A DNA stretch of 63,976 bases, filler included, from Reticulomyxa filosa (lineage: Eukaryota > Protista > Foraminifera): the NCBI GenBank assembly GCA_000512085.1. It is 20 parts of 20 records of this genome, joined end to end, with 100 filler letters (N's around TTAATTAATTAA, not from the genome) between each part and the next. Parts side by side here need not be neighbours in the genome. Positions count along the whole stretch, not along the records: positions 1 to 16,345 come from ASPP01000892.1; 19 more parts are not named here. One strand, 5' to 3'. Shown here in pieces: positions 1 through 12,738 of this stretch (position 1 is its first letter; every line of letters begins with the position of its first letter). The translations under genes and the position numbers were made by a program. Under the pieces are notes generated by a model. That model had not been told where the DNA came from and did not search any database. It saw only the letters and a list, made by a program, of their open reading frames with translations.

Positions 1-129
1 TTGGCTTTTTTAGTTAGTCAATGATTATGAAGGGGATATTTTTTTTTCACATCCAATCACAAATATTCCAACAATGCAAGTTGCATTAACGCCACAATCA
101 AATAAATTACTTTAATGAGCCGACACCAG

Positions 130-660
130 ATCAGATTTTGGTTGTTTGTATTGTGATGGAGCACATATCCAAGTTTTTCATTAATGCCTATTCAACAAAT
201 GGAATTCTGACGTCTAAATTATTGATTATCAGATGATTTTGAGATCATTTAATGAAGACAATGTTCCAGAGATTTATTGGGTCAAAGGTCATTCTGAAAT
301 TCCTGTACATTTGTTGACATTTAGTGAACGCAAAATCATTTGTCAGTTGATTACTGGCAAAGTTTGATCTTGGACATTATATAAATAATCATTCAATCCA
401 AGTCTTCTGATTGTGTTTGATGTGAAGATGAAGATACTGTCGATAATTTCCTCCAAGCATTGCATTTATTATCAATAATAATCTCCATATACTGAACTCA
501 AGCCCATTTGATCACACTTATGAAAGAGATAGATCCAAGTTATCAATCGATATCACACTCTCTTCTGAATCAATTGCAAAATTTTGCAGGACAGATGATG
601 ACGAATTGGATGTACATTCAGATTATCTTGGAAAGAATTACCACAATGAGATTAGTAAGT
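130..660 (+). mobile_element. Degenerate non-LTR retrotransposon 3' fragment (RNase H + C-terminal zinc-finger remnant)
   Basis: Broken frames read CLYCDGA (~145-165, RNase H first acidic motif), PEIYWVKGHSEIP (~266-304, RNase H WVKGH motif) and CV*CEDEDTVDNFL (~412-453, CxxC..ET..H zinc-finger-like). Many stops and indels. Confidence 0.7.
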
Positions 661-779
661 TACTTAATTGAAAATTACTTATTAACACAAATCTTGGCAT
701 AATATTTCATAATTGTTACTAATGACTGAATCAATTTATTCATCATTCGATAACAGTCAAAGAAACTTGTATATTTAAC

Positions 780-1800
780 TTTACTGTGCTCGTATAAAGG
801 AATTCGTCTAAGTTTATCTGCGTACAATTTATTGTACACAATAATTATCAGCCATCTCTGGAGTATGCCTGTGCATTTTGGAATGTAGCAGCAGAATTAC
901 ACAAGAAAAGAATCCAAAGAATTATAATGTGTTCAGTATTCTTGGAGTTATGAACTCCATTGCATATCGTTGAAATTCAAAGACAATAAGAAGAAGTAAA
1001 ATTATATCACAAGTTTATTCAATTAAGTAAGAAGTTCCCGAATCACAACTTCACATGACATATCAATTATGGAGAAGCAATCATGATATTGAAAGTGATT
1101 TAAATATAATCTGGAGCTGAAAATTATCAACTTTATCCAGAGCATATATTAATTCTTCATCTTTATCAATACCCACGCCAAAATAAGTTATTAACGTATA
1201 TTGCAAAAGTACCACAGAAATGGTTTGAGCCGACCCAATATGAGACCCTGATCACATTGGATGAAAGAACAGCTTTGATACTCGTAGATGGGAGCTACAA
1301 CCCAGATCCAGGCTTGGATCATGGTCGGTCATCCAAAACCCACTGTTATCAAACGGATTGAATTGAAATTTCCTATCCAAGGAATCATCACGATGATTGG
1401 ATGCAATCCGCCAAGCATTAAAATATATTCAACAAAATGACAAAGACGAACGAGTTGTAATTCCCTCTGAATTGCATTTGCTGTGGGCAAATTTGCAAGC
1501 AGAGACTTACAACTTTCCGATCGCAGAATGTCAAATATTGATTGAAGAATTTCGAGAAATTTTCACTAAAAATAGAACAGACATTGGACAAATGAAAGAA
1601 ATGAGACAAACATACCAAGCATTATTTATATAACCTGATTGAAGCACAATCATTTGAAGAGATTATCCTGCTCTATGAGCGCAGATTTGTGTGCTGAATC
1701 ATTATATGTAAATTGGAATTGAATTCTTTTCTGTACAAGATCAAAATAGAGAATTCACCAGACTGCAAACGGTGTGAAGATGAAGAAGAACTTTGGAACA
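780..1800 (+). mobile_element. Second degenerate LINE 3' fragment (RT thumb, RNase H, zinc finger)
   Basis: LCSYKGIRLSLSAYNLLY..(frameshift)PSLEYACAFWN at ~785-885, homologous to 17817-17920. ILVDGSYNPDPG at ~1278-1313 (RNase H DGS motif). LNSFLYKIKIENSPDCKRCEDEEE in ORF 1713-1973, typical of LINE C-termini. Confidence 0.72.
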
Positions 1801-1949
1801 AGGATTTAGAGAAGCAAGGAGTGTCGGGCCAGCCTCAGATTCGTCGATACGTCAACGTGATAATGTTGACAATTTACCAAACTATTAGATATAATTCAAA
1901 TAGTCTTGATTCATTCAAAATCTTGTATACCAAGATTATGACATCTCAA

Positions 1950-3500
1950 TTCATCTGTGTTTGCCACTATTAAAATCTTGCTTGTGTAAATTCCATTCAA
2001 ATAGGAATACCAATGCTTCAGTCATTGCATCGCCACCATTCTTTAACATTTGGTTGTGAATGTTATCATGTCCTTAAGCATCAATAACTTCTTGATTTTT
2101 TATCAATATTCCTTTTCCTATTTATTACTTCTCAGATTCCAAGTCTCAATTTTTTGCTGTTGTGAAGACTTTGTAGTTTTGATATTGAACGTAATTATGA
2201 GATTGTCTGCTTGCACATCCAATTCTACATCATTAGTGCGGAATAATAACGGTTTCTTTTGATTAGGACACTATATTTCCACCTAACACGATTCATAACC
2301 AAATACATTGAATGTATCATGCATATTATTAAATTATCGTGATTAGTGTAAATCTCTTTGACATAACACTCCAGATCTTCCTGTTTCGATCCAGTGATGA
2401 ACATAAAGATACTGTAAATTATAATCGATTTTCTTCTTTAATCTGACCCTTCTTCTGATTCAAGTTTTGTTCTAATGTTTGGTCCTGTGACTAAAATAGT
2501 TGATGTTATTCTGGAATATCAATATATCACTGATCATATATCTGCTTGCATATTGGTATTCACAATGTCAATTTCATCTATTAATCACCATCTGCATCAA
2601 TGTTTGGTTGGAGTGATGATTTAATCATGTCAATTCAAGTCTTTGTGATAAAATTTCATCCACATTAGATTTCTTCATCTTTTGCCTTTGATCATTGTTG
2701 ATCTTTCTTTTGTTCTTTCTATTGATCTTTTTCTTTTGTTTTCGAAGTCTATTCTTATTTTTATTTCCATTTAACCTTGTCCTTTGGCAGCATCAGTATA
2801 AGAATAATTCTTTGCTTACTGCAAATTTGATTTGATTGTAATTGCTTTATATGATTTTTCCTTCATGAATTCATCTTTATTGTCAATTTAACACTAGATT
2901 TTTTCTTGTTTTGTGAATCACTTGTTTACTATTATATTATGTTCTCGAACAAACTCTACTTATTGTATTTTGTCACAACATGGCTTGCTGTATATCCGAT
3001 TAGTGTAAAAACATGTTACCTCTGCCGTTCGGATCTTTTATAATCTTTGTTATAAGCTATTGTGTTTCGGTTTTGCCCGATGTTTAATATAGCTACTGTT
3101 TGTGTTGTAGTTATGCGTGTAGTAAAAGTTACTCAATATTAGTAGTTTTACCAATGTATTTGCATCTATATTGCTAATTTCTCAAATATTTCAAATACTC
3201 TTAAGTCAAGCAATGTTCGACATTCTCCCTAATGTTTACATCAAAATTGTTAATATACCAGTTGCAACGAATTTGCACTTCGTCATTCTTAAAGCAGCTT
3301 ATGACAATATACGCTGTAAGTTTAAACAATCACTTCAACATCTCACAGTCACATACCACGCAGTTGCTAAACTGACGACATCCCCGAAAATGAATTGCAA
3401 CAAAATACGTTGCCAAAGACAATAACAAAAATTAAGAAATCACACTCACAATATTACCAATCCAACAACTATAAAAAACTTTATATCTATATAAAAAAAG
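1950..3500 (-). mobile_element. Inverted degenerate copy of the same repeat family as 16700-17958
   Basis: Reverse complement of ~2850-2922 (gtgattcacaaaacaagaaaaaa..ttgacaataaagatgaattcatgaaggaaaa) matches 17341-17397 (gtgattcgcaaaacaagaaaaaagcttgacaaggaagatgcattcctgaagaaaa). Reverse complement of ~2499-2517 is identical to 17517-17535 (attccagaataacatcaac). Outer limits are approximate. Confidence 0.55.
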
Positions 3501-3983
3501 TTTTACTAGTTAAAAAAAAAAATTTCTTAGCCCGAAAAGTCTGATATTTTTTTTTGCAAATTTTCTGGTTATTGAGGCAAAGTACCGTCTGACATGCCAA
3601 CTTTTTTATTCCAATACTATTTAAATAAAATATAGTTAGTGCAATTATGTTTTAAATATTCCAACTCTTAAGGATGAAACACATCATATAATGAAATTTA
3701 AATTTAGAACGATAGTTGATTAAATGTAATTATCTCTAGACTTTTACTTCAATCGACAAACACAAATGAAAAATCAACGAATAACCAAGATTTGTTGCCT
3801 GAATAAGTTTTATTGCAAACTTGTGTACGTGATAATCTATACTGAAATAAAAACAAGAGGCCGCAGACAACAATGCTTGCAGGGAAAACGATAAAACTGA
3901 TTTATTTTCACGAATATAGAGAATGTCTTGCAACCACTTTTTTTTTGCTATGTTTCTTGACTGAGGGAAAAAAAACAAAAACT

Positions 3984-5000
3984 TTAGGAAACTTGATAAA
4001 TTTGACTTTTGGGTTTTTGTAAACAGAGGACACTAATCAAAATGCTACATCCACTTTCCTGAGTAGTCTGTTGCATTTCAGATGTTGTCATCAATCGTTT
4101 GCCATATTTAATCTTTTCATTGGTCGTTAATTGTTGAGGGATCATTGAAAAATAACTGCAGCTCATTGGAACCAATGTCAAAGCGAATATACCACTATAC
4201 AAAGCAATTAATATGGCGCCCAATGAAGTCAATCCGCCTACCTGGCCGACACCGGGAGAAATAGTTAACAATACAATCATACCTATACAACAAATTATTC
4301 CATACAGTCCTGCACTGGTGACAAACCCGACAAAATAGCGTAAATTGCGTTCAGCGACACATGTACCAACCTATTTGCATTGTTAAGTAGTCTTTGCGAG
4401 TAGTTGAATTTTTTTCATTGTTTATTTGAGACTGATCAAAATAAAAAAATGTAAGCAAAAAAAAAATTAAGTTACCCAGGGACAGTGATGATCGAAACCA
4501 TTGACACAAGCGTCACATATCGGACAATGTTTGGCATGGGTTGGTCGATAAATATAGCATGTTTCACAGAAACGATCTTTTTCATTGGGTGGTCCGTACA
4601 TTGGCTTCTCTTTTGACGCCCTTGGAATTATTCCCGGGTCCGTTGTGTTGGTTCGGATCAGAAAAAAGTCCGCCAGCAACGCCGTTCCCAAGGATAATAT
4701 CATCATTATTGTGTAACTTAGCTTGTCGTGAGGGGACATCACGGTTATTAGAATTACGTAATATGGAATTGATGGAAGCCATTGCAGTAACAATGTGGTT
4801 GTAAATGTGCAATACTCCGGACCCCCCAATACACGATTGCCGCAGCATACCTTATTTTTACTCTGCAATGGAATGATCCTCGGGCAAAGCTCTCTCCTGG
4901 CACGGGGTGTTGTTCCTATCGAGAGAAATTTTTGGGTCTGTGACTGAGTTTCTCCATCTTGTGCTATGGTCACGAGCGTTGGCTGTTCAACATCTTTCAT
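3984..5000 (-). CDS. DHHC (zDHHC) protein S-palmitoyltransferase, 2 exons (5000-4476, 4370-3984)
   Basis: Spliced sequence reads DPGIIPR...[32 protein letters not shown]|[13 protein letters not shown], then TM helices and the TTNE motif (LTTNEKIK). A GT..AG intron at 4475-4371 restores the frame. Confidence 0.93.
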
Positions 5001-5542
5001 ATTTGTTGCTAGGATTTAATAATTGACAAAAGGAGAGAAAATTCAGTTGATTTTTTCCACTTTTTTCAAATTTTTTTAAAAAGCGTGCATATTGCTCGAT
5101 AATTACGTAAATGATTAACCAGGAAGAAGATTGTGCAATTTTTTTTGAAACTACAATCGAGACCCAAAAAAGTTAATAATTACGGCAATATTTTATTTGC
5201 TATACTTAAAAAAAAGAGCGGAAAACAAGTAAACCTTTCAGAGACAATCGATAGAATACAATGCGTTTATGTAATGATACGAGAATATGTATTAGTTTAC
5301 ATAAGAGATTTTTTTATTGCAAATTGGTGGTTGAGAAGTTAAAATTTACTTTTTAAAAAATGTTTTTTTTGTTTTCGTACATGAAATATGTAAGCAAAAA
5401 AAGCTTTTGATCCAAGTGAATGAATGGATTATGTGGAGAGCGAGCAACACGGTGACGAAATATTTCCAAGAAGTTGATAGCAACAATTACAGACATATGC
5501 AACTAACTTTAGTGAATGGTATGCTTTCAAAAGCAAAAAATT

Positions 5543-8151
5543 TCACTCGATTTTGGCAATGTCGTAAATGTCATTGAATCCCCACGAGTACATGTTGACA
5601 TGATCTGTTTTGTCCCAGCGGACTTTGGCCAAGATGCCGGAGATTTCAAGTACGAACTGCAAGACAGCAACAGTGCCTTGTGCGCCATCACCACCGTCCT
5701 CATCTCCATATTTTTGTTGATCCCAAAAGAAGGAGCGTTGGACGCGATCTCCCACGCGAATGCGAGTCGACTCGTGATTGAGCAATTGTCCCCGACGAGA
5801 AAACACGACATCCATGATCCCATTGTAGTTAAAGCGAAAGCCATGGCGACTGCTCCATTGTGTGTATACTTTGTCTCCGCGAATTTGTTGAGGTTGAACG
5901 CGAGCAGGGTCCCATTGCTCCACGCGCAAAACCACGCCTGATTCTTCCGAGTAGTCTCCACTAGGAGGACTTTTGAACGCGGGTCCCTTTGTCACTTTGT
6001 CATCAATAATCAAGTACTGACCTTCTTTCAAGCCCACTTGTTGAATCACACTCAAATCATATGCTTCTTCAATCCCCCAACGATATCTCGGCAAAGGCTG
6101 TGATAGCAGTTCATCAAAGTCGGGTTCTTCCCAAATGCTATTCTCGATTGCGTCCGGGCTATTGTCATTAGTCTTTGCGATTTCGCGAAGCGTGTAATGA
6201 GGATCTATTGTAACGTTTTGACACATTTGCGTGTATTGTTGTGTTTTTTCTTTTTCTTTTTCTTTTTCTTCTTCTTTTGGCTTTTCTTTTTCCTTTTCCT
6301 TTTGTCTCTTTGCCAATCTTTCTTTGTATTCTGTCGCCACTTTCAGCCAATGGTCTTTGTCTTTGTCCCAAAGCACACCCACGCGAATTCCGTTTGCAAA
6401 TGGAGCCGGTGACGCATACAATTCGATGACGGTGCCATAACTTTGAGTGGTATTGCCATCTTGTCTATTTTGCATTAATCAAAAAAACGTTTGAACTAGA
6501 CATAGGCATTATAAAAAGCATTAACAAAACTTTCCCCATCGCCAATTGGGTTTGTCTCGCTTGACCTTGTCCCCAACCGAAATGCAGCGTAAAGTCTGAG
6601 CATTGTCGGAAGGACGTGTATATCGGGCGCACTTTTCGACGACGATAAGATCAAAGGCTCCTCGATATCCGAAGCGATAGTTGCCATAGGCACCAATGTC
6701 CCACGATACGACAGCCTCGGTCATCACGTTGGAGGGGTCCTGCGGATGCCATTGTCGCAACGCGCGTACGGTGCCGGCTATACCATCTTTGCCGTCTTGA
6801 TTGCCCCACTTCCAATCCGGGCCTCTTATCACACGATCGCCGATGAATATCATCGTGTCGTGCGCATACTCTTGCACCACTCTATCTTTGTCGCCGTGAT
6901 GACGAAGAACACTACGCACGTTGCGGAGTTGGTCGTCATAGCCCATTGCAGACAATTGCGACAGTGTCTCGCCAAAGCGCTTCCGACACATGTCCACTCT
7001 CTCTTCCGTCAGTTCGTCATGCAAGTCTATTTTTGGTAAATACTTTTCGTCCATGCCTATGTGCTTGGCCAGAGCACGAGGGCCATTTTTCGGAGGATAC
7101 ATAATACGACCTGACCCCTCTATTATATTCCATTTCATATTCATATAGCACATTTATTTACTTTCAAAAAAAAAAAAAAAGTGTGTTGGAAGAACAAAAA
7201 AAATGTAACACACTTTTTCTAAACCGATTGGACATGTTCTCCATCGATGGAGGAGGATGTGTATTGAATGGTATAGGATCCGCGGACTTGGCATATTCCA
7301 TAATCTCTTCCTCTACAATTGTTGCAATGGAGGATTGTGACAATTGTGACACTTCCACTTTCTTTGCATTTGCAATATTATCACTGCTCTTCTCTTCTTT
7401 TTCTTCTTGTCCCTTTTCGGACTGGACTTCTTTCTTCTTCTCCTCCTCCTCCTCTTTTTCTTCTTCTTTCTCTTTCTCTTCCTCTTCCTTCTCTTTGCTC
7501 TTCTCCTTTTGTTGCTGCTCCGCCGAGGACTTAATGACTGTCGATTGTGCCTGAGCCGATATGCCATGATCCTCACGTGCTGCAACGTTCTCAGAAAGGA
7601 CTGACGCGGAGGAACCGTCTCTCGCTACCACGCTTGAAGACGGGTATTCTGCAAATGGGACCGTGGGGATATCGTAATTGCCCCAGCCCACAAACGGTAC
7701 ATCTGGAGCTGCCATGATATCATCAAGAGGAGCAGAGCCGCCTTCGATCTCTGCTGGGGCATTGTCCCAATCCGCTTCTTCAAATTTCTAGGAACATACA
7801 ACATTATACACATACATGCATATAGATAAGTAATAACAAAAAATGAGGAACGTCTCTCTGGAGTTTGCATATTTAAACTTTCATCCTTTCTTTTGCAGCT
7901 GCTGCTATTGCATCTGCGTCTCTGGATTGAACTCCAATTTTCATTAAAAACTCTTTTTCTGCAAACCGATGAAAATCCTTTCCTGTTATGTTTTCTTGTT
8001 TTATTCGAAACGTATAATTCTTGAAGATTTGATCATTCAAGAGCAATAACCAATCACAGATCTCTTCGTTAGTCCAGTCCATGTATCTCTCATGAGCTGG
8101 CCAGCTATCGACCCACTGAACCGGCTTGTCGTTACTCTTCATTTTGAACAT
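5543..8151 (-). CDS. Multi-exon protein: SAM domain, acidic linker, UBA-like domain, four MIB/HERC2 repeats
   Basis: SAM: WTNEEICDWLLLL..FRIKQENITGKDF..LMKIGV. UBA: LSQLSAMGYDDQLRNVRSVLRHHGDKDRVVQEY. MIB/HERC2: IGDRVIRGPDWKWGNQDGKDGIAGTV..VVSWD..YRFGYRGAFDL plus three further repeats. Four ORFs are joined by plausible GT-AG introns; a splice at ~6530/6465 gives NWRWGKQDG. Confidence 0.8.
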
Positions 8152-8976
8152 TGTGTTCGTGTTATGTGCAAAAGTGTTCAATACATAATACAGTCACACT
8201 TTTCACAAACCATTTGTCTATGTGTTTGTTTTTTTCCACTCGTTGCAATAATGGAGACTAAATTGTGCAAATTATTTTTTTTCACAAATTTGGTGTTGTC
8301 CTTTTCCCAAGAGAAACTCTTTTTTTTTTGTTGTCGGCTTAGTTTCATTCATTTGAATATGCTGTTTCGTGTCCTTGTTATAAAAATGACAACGACAATG
8401 TTTTGAGACAATTTCGATGAAACATTATCGAATATTTAATTATTTTTCTGGTTTTGAAAATTAAAGAACTGATCCGCTATGTCACAAAATTAATTTAAAA
8501 AAAAAAGACAGTTCCACTCGTCACTGTAACACAAAACCAGTATACCCATAACATAACAGCATAATTACCTCTCTTTTATCTTTTTTTTTTATCTTATTAA
8601 TAAGCTCAAACCGTGTGCACTGCTCACTCCCACATTGTACTTTCAGCTACTCACCACAATCTTTTTTGGACCCTTTGTATTCGTTTAAGTTAGTCTCTGT
8701 TGTTATATTTTGCGTTTGCAACAGCGTGTGATAGCCGGTGAAGGAGGAGAGTGCAGTGTCCACGTAAATTTCAACTCTAACCATCCCAAAAACGAGAGAG
8801 GCCAACAACAGTTAATATTTGTATGTATTTACAAGAAAGACCAAAAAACGCAAAGCCTTTACTTGTTGTTTAAAGCTGTAGAGACTAATTCTCTACAGCT
8901 AAAAAAAAACAAATAAAAAATAAAAACAAAAAGTATTGAAAGTTCACTGTTGTATATCGTCGCTGTTATGTATATT

Positions 8977-11701
8977 TTACATAATCGAGCAGTTGCACTT
9001 GGTCCCTGCTGTTGCATCTGTTAGGTATATAACAAAAAAGTAAACGAGAGAAGAGTACATATGGAAAGAGAACCACTAAAAAAAAAACAACTCACAAAAC
9101 TGTCACCTCCCCATCGCAATTTACACCCAATAACAAAGTGATCACTAGGATAGTTCCAGTTGGGAATGACCGAATAGTCAGCGTTAATTTCTAACTGATC
9201 CTTAATTTGGAGTAATTCCGTAACTATCCAGTTGTCCGTTTTAACAAATATATAGTCAATAGTGTGTTTGTCTGCAGCTTCGGGTCTTTTTTTGTAGGTT
9301 GTGAATTCGGGGTCTTTTCCTTGGCCTTTCACATACGCCGACTCAAAGCCAAATTTTTTACTTCGGTGTAGCACAAGGGATCGTATCCTTTTTTATTCAC
9401 CTGATCCAAAAAAAAAAAAAAAAAAGTATATTCGTTGAAACCACACAACACGGAGTGCAAATGCATTATCAAGTCATAAGAAAACGTATATAAAAGAAGC
9501 AACGCACACAAGGTTGAGTGATACGTGTACGTGCAAGAATATATATGTTTGGCAACCAAACTATTGGATTTGCGTTTAAATCGCATGACAAAATGATTGG
9601 CAAATTGCTGTCTAAAAAGCGGTTCAGCAAATATTGGATTTGCTTCTGTCGCAATTTTTCCCCTTGTTCCGACTTTTCGGATTTAAGATGAGTGCCAACT
9701 ATCAAAAACTCGCTATTTTTGCCTCTCCCCCTTGGCTTCAACCTCACCGCTAACGCCACTACTTTTTCCTGCGCAACAAACAATACATGCAAATGGCAAT
9801 GAGGAAATGCAAACATGTTACTATTTGGAGAAAGAAAGAGAGAAGAAAATAGAGGGAAGGGGAATTGTATGCGTATATGTACATATGAATATATACATAA
9901 GTATAATTTTTTGTTTTGTTTTCCTGAAAAGACCTCGTTTTGGTCGTCTCTGATTCTGATTTCGTCTCCAACTTTTTCGAATTTGTCTTTCTTGAAAGCA
10001 ATGAAAATGCCGTCGTTGTTCAGCTTGAAATCCGAGGGCAAGCTATCTTTGCGTTCTTCTTGGAGTTGTGTTAAAATGTGGCGTGCGGGCGCCTTTATTT
10101 TGGGTTGATGCAGACACTCGTACGTGGAGGACAAATACCGCGACAAAAACTCACTCTGATCACATTCTTCCACACAAATTATGTCTGTGTTGTGTTGCAA
10201 TAGTAATTCCACTATTCGCAAGCCTCGATAGGACCATCGTAGGCATTCCTTTTCCACGCCTATGAATTCTTTGGCGCTATCTCCTTCCGCTGTTTGTTTA
10301 TATAAGCTTGTCAATTTTCGAGCTTTTTTTTTTGCATTATTGAAAAAAAGTTTGAGAACTTAACTGTATGCAGTACATAACGCGTCCGCTAACATGTTGA
10401 ATTGCAATATAGATATTTCGATGGCATCATTACTACCTTTGTCTTCGACTGATGTTTTTTCAAACTCTTGCTTCAGCAATGTGGCAAATTTTCCGCTGTA
10501 TCTAAATATGCAGGAGGAAAGAAAATCATAACACAAAAGGGAGTTCACATATTACACTTTGCCGTATGTGTACGTTTTTTGTAAAAAGTCTTTTTCTTCT
10601 CTAACCCCCTCCCCCTCCTTTGGAGGAGATTGTTAACTCCAGCTGAGATCTCTTCAAGTCTTTTTCTAAGTCATATTCGAGATTGAACTTGATCTGGCCA
10701 GGCAGGAGTCGCCTACAATTCTTAGCCTTGGCCAACCGAAGCTTCACGTTAAGGGTGGGCGCTGCATTGTGCCTGCGGTTGAACTTGTCATTACACGTCA
10801 TTGTCTCGCTGAAGTTTGACCACTCGTCGGGTTTGCAAACTAAATTCAGAGCGGCTTCCCATCTACACAATTCTTCTGTGTTTGTGTCTTTTCTCTCCAG
10901 AACCACTATCTCCAAGTTTGGCTGTATTTCATTCTATTTGTATTTGTTATTGCGTGTGTTTATGTTTTTTTTTTTTTTTTGTTCTTCATCCTTCCATAAT
11001 TTTCTGAGGGATGCGTATTGCCAAACGAATAACAAATAGCAAATAATAAAAATAATAATGTAAAACACATGCCTTCAAATCAATCAAGACTTGGTGATTA
11101 CACGTTACCGAGGACCCGGAACTCATGACCACAGGTGTTGGATAGTCTCCATGGGGGCCTTTCAACAAAAGAAATATTTCATGGGCTGAAGATGCGTCTG
11201 CAAAGGGCAGGTTTTCAATTGATATTAGTTGTACTTCCACGTTACTTTACAAAGAGAGCAAGCCATATGCACAAACTCATTCACATTTTCCACTCCACTT
11301 GGATATATCAAACAACAAAAAATATACATAAAAAAAACACTTAAGAAAGTGGCTTTATTTTTTTTTTTTGAAGTATATGTAAACTTTCCAAAAAAAAAAC
11401 ACACACAAAACTTGAATCCCACTGGATCATCTTCAGAATGCTAAAATAAACAAATAAATAAAAAAAGACAAAAAAAAAAAAAACGGTTTAAACCACAATT
11501 TGTGCAACAATGCGTTTCGTGGATATGTAATAACGTATACATTAACTGTTGATTCGTTTACTGTTGTAAACGAAGGGACAACTGGTTTCCTCGCTACAGG
11601 GACAAAATAGCCTAAAAAAAAGAAACACGCGAATTCGGTAAAGGGAATATGGAGGGAGGAAAAGAAGAAAAGTAACTCTCTGCAGTAAATGAGATCGACA
11701 T
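8977..11701 (-). CDS. Nocturnin/CCR4-like EEP (exo/endonuclease/phosphatase) protein with N-terminal C2-like domain and probable CaaX terminus, multi-exon
   Basis: EEP catalytic motifs occur in order: ILQFNMLAD, WSYRGLRIVELLLQHNTDIICVEECD, GTHLKS, ILSCDLNANP, FTTYKKR..HTIDYIF, IPNWNYPSDHF. Upstream exons (11240-11070, 10915-10620) are beta-rich and C2-like (EVQLISIENLPFAD..EIFLLL..TPVV..NHQVLIDL..LEIVVLER). The start at 11701 and the last exon (9017-8977) are inferred. Confidence 0.8.
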
Positions 11702-12738
11702 TATCAATAGATCTAGCAATGGATTATGAAGTAATTAATTCTTTTAATAAATGTCGTAAATGTTCAAAAGGGTCCACACTTACACTAAAACTTGTTGCCG
11801 CTTTGTCGTACAGTTCGGTGTAAATTAAAATTCTTTTGATATTAGGACGTTATAATTAGTATATTTATGTTGTTGTTCCTATAAACGAAGAATAAGAAAT
11901 TTAGTTTTAAATGTGATAAACAACTCACAAAAGATATTTGGTAATACACAAATAAAACAATATATAATTTAAATAAACAATTGTTATATTTGATAAGCTC
12001 AAAAGAAATAAAATCTAAATAAATATAATAAGATAAATAAGTAGATATTGTTACTCTTACTTTGTGCTTAATTATGTTAATATCTTATTTTATTTTTTAG
12101 TCTAAAGAAAATTTTCAACAACTATATTAATTTCATAACAAATATTAACTTATTTAAGCTAGATTGATGTTTGTTACTTTACTGGCTTTCAATAAACTAA
12201 AAAAATGAATTATATGTCTTTGGAAATAAGTAAAGATACTAGTTGATGACAGATAAAAAAATTAAAAAAATGGAACTAGGCCCCTTTGTGTGCCCTTTCG
12301 ATTTAGTCAGTTTTTTTCCATACAAGATGACGTTTCTTTTTCTGAACTAATAATGACATATGCGCTTATTTGCCTGATAAAGACGAATATAATGAAATTA
12401 GTTTATGTTTTAAAAAAATTAAAAATAAAGTGTTAGTAAGTTTGTAACTGGAACTTGACAATGATTTCTATCTTTATTTTCAAAGTAATTCTACACACAA
12501 ATGATTAAAACAAAAAATCACTTGATCAGTGCAAAAGATTTGATTGGGAGTGTAATAAAAAAACAAAAAAACAATCAAATAAGGCTTTGACACCATCAAA
12601 TCACAAAAAGGAAGCAATTTGCAGAAGAATTGAAAACTTTGGAAAGGAGAGGAAGGATGGAGAAGAGAAAGGAAAGAAAAATTTACAATTCTGGAGGGGA
12701 TGAGGGAGAGTGCCTATCTTACAAACGAAAAAGAGTGT

